DNA from: a virus
Taxonomy: Duplodnaviria; Caudoviricetes
Direction: 5' to 3' (one strand)
DNA: 64,000 bases
IMG/VR virus record: IMGVR_UViG_3300025663_000002
Location: 13,979-77,978 of that record
The number at the start of each line of letters is the position of its first letter. The first letter of the stretch is position 1. The notes under the pieces were generated by a model. That model saw only the letters and a list, made by a program, of their open reading frames with translations. It did not search any database and was not told the DNA's origin. Positions 56,866-64,000 of this stretch are shown here, in pieces. The position numbers and the translations under genes are program-made.

Positions 56866-57483
56866 ATGACTCTTAAGGTTAAAGCAGTAGATAAAGATAA
56901 TAAAAACCATTACATCAATAATAAAGATTTTCTAGCAGCTTTGATTGAGTATCAAAAAGACATCGCAGATAAAGAAGCGCTTGGTGAGAAGAAACCATAT
57001 GTAACTGATTACATTGCTAGATGTTTCCTACAAATTGCTCAAAGGCTTTCTTTCCGACCTAACTTTATTAATTACACGTATAAGGATGATATGATTTCGG
57101 ATGGTCTTGAGAACTGTCTTGCTTATATGCATAACTTTAATCCTGAAAAATCAAATAACCCTTTTGCGTATTTTACTCAAATAATCTACTACGCATTCCT
57201 TAGACGTATCCAAAAAGAAAAGAAACAACAGTATGTTAAGTACAAGTATTTTGATACATCTGGTGGTTTTGAACAAATGGATTCATTACAAGAACATGAT
57301 AAAGAATCTTTTGACTACATTAATGACCAAGGTTCTAGTGATTTTCATATTCACATTAAAGAGTTCATTGATGATATGGAAGCGAAGGAATTAGAAAAGA
57401 AAGCAAAACGTGATGCTAAGAAAGCAGAAAAAGAAGAAAAAGAAAACCTCAATAACCTTTCAATGTTTATGGTGTGTAAATGA
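56866..57483 (+). CDS. gp55: Late transcription sigma factor gp55
   Basis: HYINNKDFL, PNFINYTYKDDMISDGLENCL, NPFAYFTQIIYYAFLRRIQKEKKQ. Confidence 0.97.
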   Translation: MTLKVKAVDKDNKNHYINNKDFLAALIEYQKDIADKEALGEKKPYVTDYIARCFLQIAQRLSFRPNFINYTYKDDMISDGLENCLAYMHNFNPEKSNNPFAYFTQIIYYAFLRRIQKEKKQQYVKYKYFDTSGGFEQMDSLQEHDKESFDYINDQGSSDFHIHIKEFIDDMEAKELEKKAKRDAKKAEKEEKENLNNLSMFMVCK

Positions 57484-58520
57484 AGGTCGCAGTAATAACC
57501 GACACTCATTTTGGAGCAAGAGGGGATAACAAAGCATTTTCTGATTACTTTTATAAGTTTTGGACTAACACTTTCTTTCCGTATTTAATCGAAAACGACA
57601 TCAAAACTATCATTCATTGTGGTGATTTGATGGATAGACGTAAGTATGTAAACTTTGATACGTTAAATAATATGCGTAATAAATTCATCAAACCTATGAT
57701 GGATAATGATATTACAATGCACACTATTGTAGGTAACCACGATACTTATTATAAAAACACAGTTGATGTTAATTCTGTAGAACAACTTTTTGATATTAAT
57801 GGTACATCCCCTATTGTTGCATATTCTGAAGCAAAAACTTTAGAACTACCCGACGGATACAAGGTTGATATGATACCTTGGATTAATACCGACAACGAAG
57901 AAACCATAATGGAATTTATTAAGAATTCTAAATCTTCTATTGCTTGGGGTCATTTTGACTTACAAGGGTTTGAAATGATGAAGGGTGTTAGTTCTATGTA
58001 TCACTCTCGTTCTACGGATTTCTTAAAGAACTACGAAACGGTTTACTCTGGACACTTTCATACAAAATCCGATAATGGTCATATCTTTTATCTAGGAAAC
58101 ACATACGAAATTAATTGGAGTGATTTCAACGATAATCGTGGGTTTCATATTTTCGATACTGAAACATTAGATTGTATTCAAATTGTAAATCCATATAAAC
58201 TACACGCTAAGGTTTATTATGACGAAAATGAAAAAGAAACTCAACTTGATGAAGATTATGATGGACAAATCGTAAAGTTAATTGTAACTACAAAAACAGA
58301 CTTTGCTCATTTTAATTTATTGGTCGAAAAGATGGAACGTGAGTCTGAAACTTTAACAATCGTAGAAGACCATGGATTATTAACGACCGAGCAGGTTGAA
58401 TTTGACACTGAGGACACTATCACGACATTGAATAAATATGTAGAGGGTATGAATATTGATAACGAAGAAGAGGTTAAACGGATTTTGAACGAAATTTATG
58501 TTGAGGCAATCGCACTATGA
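57480..58520 (+). CDS. gp47: Recombination endonuclease subunit gp47 (Mre11/SbcD-like)
   Basis: ITDTHFG, IHCGDLMD, VGNHD, GHF, SGHFH metallophosphoesterase motifs. Confidence 0.96.
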   Translation: MKVAVITDTHFGARGDNKAFSDYFYKFWTNTFFPYLIENDIKTIIHCGDLMDRRKYVNFDTLNNMRNKFIKPMMDNDITMHTIVGNHDTYYKNTVDVNSVEQLFDINGTSPIVAYSEAKTLELPDGYKVDMIPWINTDNEETIMEFIKNSKSSIAWGHFDLQGFEMMKGVSSMYHSRSTDFLKNYETVYSGHFHTKSDNGHIFYLGNTYEINWSDFNDNRGFHIFDTETLDCIQIVNPYKLHAKVYYDENEKETQLDEDYDGQIVKLIVTTKTDFAHFNLLVEKMERESETLTIVEDHGLLTTEQVEFDTEDTITTLNKYVEGMNIDNEEEVKRILNEIYVEAIAL

Positions 58521-60190
58521 TCAATTTCCATACGGTGAAGTGGAAAAACTTCCTATCAACAGGTAATAAGTTTTCTACTATCGACATTGACGAAACTAAG
58601 ACTACATTAATGATTGGCACAAACGGTGCTGGGAAATCTACAATGATGGATGCTATTTCGTTTGGTCTATTTGGTAAACCTTTTAGAAAGATTAGAATCG
58701 GACAACTGGTAAACTCTATCAACTGCAAAAATATGTCAGTAGAATTAACATTCACTACTGGTGGCAAGGAATACCTTATCAAACGTGGATTGAAACCTGC
58801 AAAGTTTGAAATATACGTTGATGGTGCTTTACAGAATCAAGATGCAGCCGCAAGAGACCAACAAGAATTCCTTGAAAAATACATTCTTAAAATGAATGAA
58901 AAATCATTCCGTCAAATTGTTGTATTGGGTTCTGGATCATTCGTTCCTTTTATGAGATTGGGTGCGGCAGAAAGACGTTCTATTATTGAAGAGTTATTAG
59001 ATATCCAAATCTTTGGTGTTATGAACGATTTAGTCCGCGAACGAGTTTCCTCTAATAAGAGAGAACTTAGAGATTTATCTCATCAAATTGAATTATTGGA
59101 ACAAAATATTAGTTTACAAGAAACTCATTTAAAGTCAATGAACGAAGATAAACAATCTATCATTGATAAGAAGAAATCTTTTATTGCAGATTACATGAAT
59201 GAAATTGATGAGTTGGAAACTGAGGTTTTGGAGTTAGAGAAAACTACTACGGACTTTGCTAATTTAAATCGTCAGTCCGTTGCTCTTGGAGAATACCATA
59301 CTACATTCGTATCGAAAATAGATACGATTAATACCCGTATTCGTAACATTATGGATAGTTCTACTTGTCCTACTTGCGAGCAGGAAATAGACCTACCTCA
59401 TCAAGAGAAAATGGGGCACGATTTAACAACTCAACGTGATGGACTTGCCGAAGCATTGATAGACGTTAAATCTAAATTTAAAGGTGTTAAAGAATCAATT
59501 TCTGTCATTCAGCATACATTAGATGAAATTACTAATAAGAACCATCAAGTGACTAATCTTAATGATACTTGTACTAGACTTAATACTGAGATATCTGAAA
59601 CTCTAAACGAAAAGGTTGAAAACGTAGATAATGAAGAACTTCAATCTAAACATACTCAAATGATAATACATCGTGATGAGAAGTATGATTTACAAGAAGA
59701 CAAACACCACCTTAATACCGTTCAAGAACTATTAAAAGATACTGGCATTAAAACCGTTGTTATTAAAAATTACTTACCCCTGATTAATCAATTAATTAAT
59801 AAGTACCTTTCTGCTTTGAATTTCTACATCAATTTCGAATTAGATGAAAATTTTAACGAAACGATTAAATCCCGTGGTCGTGATGAGTTCGCATATGGGT
59901 CTTTTTCTGAAGGTGAAAAATTAAGAATCGACTTAGCATTGTTATTCACTTGGAGAGAAATCGCTAAGTTAAAATCCTCCGTAGCAACAAACCTATTAAT
60001 CCTTGATGAAATCTTTGACAGTTCGTTAGACTCCACTGGTATTGAAGATTTCCTAGGCATTCTAAACTCACTTGGAACTGAAGCAAACGCATTTGTTATC
60101 TCTCACAAAGGTCAGCAAATCATTGATAAGTTCGGTCGAGTTATCAAAATCACAAAAGACAAAAACTTTTCTAAAATCGCCTCGGATTAA
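58517..60190 (+). CDS. gp46: Recombination endonuclease subunit gp46 (Rad50/SbcC-like)
   Basis: GTNGAGKST Walker A, CPTC zinc hook, FSEGEK signature, LILDEIFDSSLD. Confidence 0.97.
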   Translation: MINFHTVKWKNFLSTGNKFSTIDIDETKTTLMIGTNGAGKSTMMDAISFGLFGKPFRKIRIGQLVNSINCKNMSVELTFTTGGKEYLIKRGLKPAKFEIYVDGALQNQDAAARDQQEFLEKYILKMNEKSFRQIVVLGSGSFVPFMRLGAAERRSIIEELLDIQIFGVMNDLVRERVSSNKRELRDLSHQIELLEQNISLQETHLKSMNEDKQSIIDKKKSFIADYMNEIDELETEVLELEKTTTDFANLNRQSVALGEYHTTFVSKIDTINTRIRNIMDSSTCPTCEQEIDLPHQEKMGHDLTTQRDGLAEALIDVKSKFKGVKESISVIQHTLDEITNKNHQVTNLNDTCTRLNTEISETLNEKVENVDNEELQSKHTQMIIHRDEKYDLQEDKHHLNTVQELLKDTGIKTVVIKNYLPLINQLINKYLSALNFYINFELDENFNETIKSRGRDEFAYGSFSEGEKLRIDLALLFTWREIAKLKSSVATNLLILDEIFDSSLDSTGIEDFLGILNSLGTEANAFVISHKGQQIIDKFGRVIKITKDKNFSKIASD

Positions 60191-60247
60191 AATCATAAGT
60201 AAATCTTATGATTATTTGACTAATGTTAAAAATATATTAGTCAAATA
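60191..60247 (+). terminator. Two tandem perfect hairpins after gp46
   Basis: aatcataag-taaat-cttatgatt (60191-60213) and atttgactaat...attagtcaaat (60214-60246). Confidence 0.55.
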
Positions 60248-60248
60248 G

Positions 60249-60305
60249 TTGCCCAAGCTCCCATTTTTACGGTATAATACTAGTATAAATGATAAAAAAG
60301 GAGTT
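60249..60305 (+). promoter_or_regulatory. Early promoter/leader cassette copy 1
   Basis: TTGCCC, 18 bp, TATAAT (60273-60278), then tagtataaatgataaaaaaggagt. Confidence 0.7.
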
Positions 60306-60388
60306 ACTTATGTCTGACAATAATTTTGAAGTTTCTTAATACCCTTAAAACAAAAGGTGGTATTCTTCTACCTATTTGCCAGTTTTAG

Positions 60389-60423
60389 GGTATAATAGGT
60401 AGTATAAATGATTGAAAAGGAGT
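60389..60423 (+). promoter_or_regulatory. Early promoter/leader cassette copy 2
   Basis: ggTATAATaggtagtataaatgattgaaaaggagt upstream of the VWA-peptidase gene. Confidence 0.7.
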
Positions 60424-60430
60424 GTTTAAA

Positions 60431-62638
60431 ATGACTAAAATTAATATTGATTCTAAAGGTTCGCTAGCAAAATTAATGGCTACTGAAAACCTCACCGTCC
60501 AACATAAAAAGGTTTCTACTGCATCGTTTGATGTTAAAAACCGTGTTCTAAATCTACCAATCTGGGAAGATATGTCTAACGTTATGTATGACGGTCTTAT
60601 TGGTCATGAGGTTGGACACGCTCTTTACACTCCATTTGATGAGTGGAAAACCTTTGTTGTTGAAAATCCAAATTTAAAAGATTATGCCAACGTTATCGAG
60701 GATGCTCGAATTGAACGTATGATGAAAACCAAGTTCCCTGGAATGAAAAAAGTTTTCTTTGGTATGTATGATGAATTGAATATGAAAGACTTCTTTGGTA
60801 TCGGTAATAAAGAAGATATTAATGAATATGGTATCCTTGACCGAATTAACTTGTTTTTCAAATTAGGTGTTCGTGTTGACCTTGAATTTACCCCTGAAGA
60901 AATGGTTTTTGTAAACCGTGCTGATAACACTAAGACGTTTGAAGATGTCCTTGAACTGACTTTAGATCTTGCTGAATATGCTAAGAATGAAGAGTTGAAT
61001 ACTGACTTTGACGACATGGGTGATTATGAAGAGGGTGACGTTGAAGAGGGTGAAGGTAATGAGTCAACCCCTATGCCTTCTAAACCTGGAGAAGATGATA
61101 ATGAAGGTTCGGAAGAATCCTCTGGTTCTAGTCCAAACGGCAAAGATGGTGAGAGTGATGAGGGTGATGATTTTGATGGTGAAAATGCTTATTCTGATGG
61201 TTCTGGTGGTGATGAGGGTGAATTGCCTGTATCTGAAACTCAAAAGAACTTTGATGATAAAATAAATAGTCTTAACGATGAGTATGCGTCTAATCCAATT
61301 TATATTGATTTACCAAATACTAACATTAAAGAAGTTACTATTGGTTATAAAAAAGTGACTGCTTGTTTGAATGAATTCTTTGATGTTGATGATAATTATG
61401 ATAGATATTATGGCGATGCCTCTGGTGTAAGAAAAAATATTGATGAAGAACTTCGTCTTTGGAAAAAAGATACTTTGTCTGTTGTTAATTACATGGTTAA
61501 AGAATTTGAAATGAAACAGGCTGCTAGTGCTCACCGTAGAACTTCGGTTGGTAAGACTGGTGTTCTTGATACTAATAAAATGCATGCTTACAAATATGAA
61601 GAAGATATCTTCAAAAGGGTTGCAACTATTAAAGATGGTAAAAACCATGGTTTGGTTATGTACGTAGATTGGTCTGGTTCTATGAACGATAAATTGCTCG
61701 CTACTGTTAAGCAGACTATTACCCTTGTGATGTTTGCTAAAAAGGTTGGAATCCCGTTCCGTGTTTATTCGTTTACTAACTCTACTGGAGCTAGACATTT
61801 GTATGAAGATGCAGAAACTGTATTTTACGGTGACAACGATAGTGGTAATTTTAACTTTGACCACCTTGTTTTGGGACGTGTTAGTATGCTTGAGTTTTTC
61901 AATGAAAAAATGAATGCTCGTGAATTTAAAAATGGTATTGATAACTTTTATAAGATGGGCATTGCCGCCGGTTGGGATAGCAAATATTCTATTAGAACTC
62001 CTAGAGGATTTGATCTTGCGTCTACACCGTTGAATGAGGCAATTATTGGTTCGTTTGAAATGGTTGAAGACTTCAAACGTGAAACTGGTCGTGAAAAAAT
62101 CAACGTAGTTTGGTTGACTGACGGTGGAGCTGATGGTAATGACAAATATTATAATGCTGAAGAAAAATGGGCAATCAATGGTATTGTGACTTGGGGTGAT
62201 AACCGTAAACATTTAGTTATCCGTGACCCAAAAACTAGAAAGTATATTGCTGAACAAAAAGATTATAATGATTTGACTCCAAGTTTATTAACCGCTTTGG
62301 GTGACCGTTGTGGTGTGAATGTTATTGGATTCTTCTTGACCGATGCTCGCAATATTAATAATAAAATTGATAGAACTGTCGGTTGGGAAAAGTCTACTGA
62401 AGAAAAAAAGAAATTTAAAAAAACTGGTTATTCTTCGTTCGTTTCTGGTGGTTATGATAAATATTTCATGGTCAACTCCAATTCTATGGACAAAGAAGTG
62501 ACGATGCCTGAAGAAGTAGAAAAAGATAAAACTGGTGGTGTTAATAAGGCAAAATTGAGAACTGCCTTTAAAAAGTTCTCGAAGGGTCGTAAAGTGAACA
62601 AGATGTTACTGAATGAGTTCATTTCGATGGTTGCGTAA
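60431..62638 (+). CDS. HExxH metallopeptidase-like N-terminus plus VWA (MIDAS) domain protein, CobT-like partner of the AAA+ ATPase
   Basis: Start re-assigned to ATG 60431; GHEVGHALY, NVIEDARIE, acidic linker, YVDWSGSM, STPLNEA, LTDG. Confidence 0.85.
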   Translation: MTKINIDSKGSLAKLMATENLTVQHKKVSTASFDVKNRVLNLPIWEDMSNVMYDGLIGHEVGHALYTPFDEWKTFVVENPNLKDYANVIEDARIERMMKTKFPGMKKVFFGMYDELNMKDFFGIGNKEDINEYGILDRINLFFKLGVRVDLEFTPEEMVFVNRADNTKTFEDVLELTLDLAEYAKNEELNTDFDDMGDYEEGDVEEGEGNESTPMPSKPGEDDNEGSEESSGSSPNGKDGESDEGDDFDGENAYSDGSGGDEGELPVSETQKNFDDKINSLNDEYASNPIYIDLPNTNIKEVTIGYKKVTACLNEFFDVDDNYDRYYGDASGVRKNIDEELRLWKKDTLSVVNYMVKEFEMKQAASAHRRTSVGKTGVLDTNKMHAYKYEEDIFKRVATIKDGKNHGLVMYVDWSGSMNDKLLATVKQTITLVMFAKKVGIPFRVYSFTNSTGARHLYEDAETVFYGDNDSGNFNFDHLVLGRVSMLEFFNEKMNAREFKNGIDNFYKMGIAAGWDSKYSIRTPRGFDLASTPLNEAIIGSFEMVEDFKRETGREKINVVWLTDGGADGNDKYYNAEEKWAINGIVTWGDNRKHLVIRDPKTRKYIAEQKDYNDLTPSLLTALGDRCGVNVIGFFLTDARNINNKIDRTVGWEKSTEEKKKFKKTGYSSFVSGGYDKYFMVNSNSMDKEVTMPEEVEKDKTGGVNKAKLRTAFKKFSKGRKVNKMLLNEFISMVA

Positions 62639-62678
62639 TAACCCTTTTATTTACCTGTGTATAAAGTCAAAATATCGC

Positions 62679-62735
62679 TTTACTTTTCAGGGAACAAAGG
62701 GTATAATACGTAGTATAAATGATAAAAAAAGGAGT
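62679..62735 (+). promoter_or_regulatory. Early promoter/leader cassette copy 3
   Basis: TTTACT (62679-62684), 17 bp, TATAAT (62702-62707), then acgtagtataaatgataaaaaaaggagt. Confidence 0.8.
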
Positions 62736-62742
62736 AATAAAA

Positions 62743-63987
62743 ATGAGTAAAAAAATTAATGTAAATGACTTTGCCGCAGCCTCTAACGAGTTATTCGGCA
62801 CTAACGAATTGACACGTGCCCAAATGATGCGTGTCAAAGAAGTGTATGATGTATGTGTGCCTTCTGCTATTGTAAATGACAAATCAAACTTGGTTTCTCG
62901 TGGTGTGTATCGTGTTCCTAATGATGGAACTGGAATTGCGCCTACAAAGGCTGTATTGGTAGAAACTGATATAATTGCCGGAAATGATGAAATTACAGAA
63001 TCCTCTAAATCTACTTTCACTACTGGATCTGCTATGAGTCTTGACTCTGCAATCTCGTTTATCCCGAAAGTTGATAATACGTATGTGTCTTGGGGAAATG
63101 CTGGTGATATTAAAAAGATTCTAAAATCTAAATTGTTCTTCCCAGTTTATTTAACAGGTATGTCTGGTAATGGTAAGACGTTCGGTATTGAACAAACGTG
63201 TGCTACTTTGGGTCGTGAAATGATTCGAATTAACTTTACTGCTGAAACTGATGAAGATGACCTTTTTGGTGGTTTTCGTTTGGTGAATGGTGAGACTGTG
63301 TTTCAATACGGTCCAGTTGTTGAAGCAATGAAACGTGGTGCTGTATTGTTACTTGACGAGATTGACCTTGCATCTTCTAAGGTGATGGCGTTACAGTCTG
63401 TCCTTGAAGGAAAGGGTTATTTCATTAAGAAACGTGGTGAGTGGGTTGAACCTTCTAAAGGTTTCACTGTTATTGCTACTGCCAATACAAAAGGCAAAGG
63501 TTCTGATGATGGACGTTTTGTTGGTACTAACGTTATGAATGAAGCATTCCTTGACCGATTTTCGGTGACTATGTATCAAGCATACCCTTCTGAAGCAATC
63601 GAGAAAAAGATTCTTCAAAAGGCTGCTGAAGGGTTTGGACTTCGTTCTGCTGAAGTGGATGCGTTTATTCCAAACCTTACAATGTGGGGTGACATTATCC
63701 GTAAGACTTTTGAAGACGGTGGTGTTGATGAAATCGTTTCTACTCGTAGATTGGTTGATATTTTGAAATCTTACTCTATCTTCGGAAAGAAAGATAAAGC
63801 AATCAAAATGGCAATTGAACGTTTTGATGATGAGACTAAAGAATCATTCCTTTCTCTTTATGAAAAGATTGATGCTAGTGTTGGAAATGAACAGTATGGT
63901 ACTTCGGTTGACCCAGAAGAGTTTGCTGAAAAGTCAACTGAGAGTTTTAACCCTAACAGCCCTTTATATGAAGCAAATGGAAAATAA
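62743..63987 (+). CDS. cobS: MoxR/CobS-like AAA+ ATPase
   Basis: Start re-assigned to ATG 62743; GMSGNGKT Walker A, LLLDEID Walker B, ATANTKGKG, NEAFLDRF. Confidence 0.9.
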   Translation: MSKKINVNDFAAASNELFGTNELTRAQMMRVKEVYDVCVPSAIVNDKSNLVSRGVYRVPNDGTGIAPTKAVLVETDIIAGNDEITESSKSTFTTGSAMSLDSAISFIPKVDNTYVSWGNAGDIKKILKSKLFFPVYLTGMSGNGKTFGIEQTCATLGREMIRINFTAETDEDDLFGGFRLVNGETVFQYGPVVEAMKRGAVLLLDEIDLASSKVMALQSVLEGKGYFIKKRGEWVEPSKGFTVIATANTKGKGSDDGRFVGTNVMNEAFLDRFSVTMYQAYPSEAIEKKILQKAAEGFGLRSAEVDAFIPNLTMWGDIIRKTFEDGGVDEIVSTRRLVDILKSYSIFGKKDKAIKMAIERFDDETKESFLSLYEKIDASVGNEQYGTSVDPEEFAEKSTESFNPNSPLYEANGK

Positions 63988-64000
63988 TATGAATAATATT

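Noticed and set aside
61310-62212. 300 aa minus-strand ORF (also 35869-36585, 2963-3526, 22209-22739 and other antisense ORFs)
   Set aside because: Fully overlap well-supported + strand genes, have no recognisable motifs, and reflect codon bias on the opposite strand
63989-64000. ATG of a possible next gene
   Set aside because: Only four codons inside the window
1-64000. tRNA genes, diversity-generating retroelement, homing endonucleases, inteins in gp17/UvsW/gp46
   Set aside because: No cloverleaf, reverse transcriptase, HNH/GIY-YIG/LAGLIDADG motif or unexplained insertion was seen by eye; a tRNAscan/HMM run would be needed to exclude them formally

Overview
AT-rich 64 kb segment of a large T4-like myovirus (T4 supergroup, with a gene order typical of marine/aquatic T4-like phages). 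All credible genes are on the + strand in the standard code. Order: baseplate hub/spike (gp27-like, gp5, a 667 aa unknown, PAAR, gp25, gp6), a 2715 aa gp7 fusion, gp8, DUF4815-like protein, two large fibre/adhesin proteins, an accessory cassette (beta-propeller fibre, assembly chaperone, U32-methyltransferase fusion, flavin-dependent halogenase, ion-transporter-superfamily permease), neck/packaging/tail/head genes (gp13-gp23, gp3), uvsY-uvsW, a 600 bp ORF-free structured interval, gp55, gp47/gp46, and a VWA-peptidase plus CobS-like AAA+ pair. The most unusual content is in the virion proteins: (i) a Cys/Trp mini-module that appears nested inside copies of itself and is inserted in several core structural genes, (ii) about 30 HxH motifs mostly arranged in triplets, (iii) a glucose/sorbosone-dehydrogenase-type propeller inside gp7 and (iv) cupredoxin-like domains, together suggesting a metal-binding and possibly redox-active baseplate/fibre apparatus. 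No tRNA, CRISPR array, integrase or homing endonuclease was recognised. All family assignments are by motif recognition and synteny, not database searches; the host cannot be determined.
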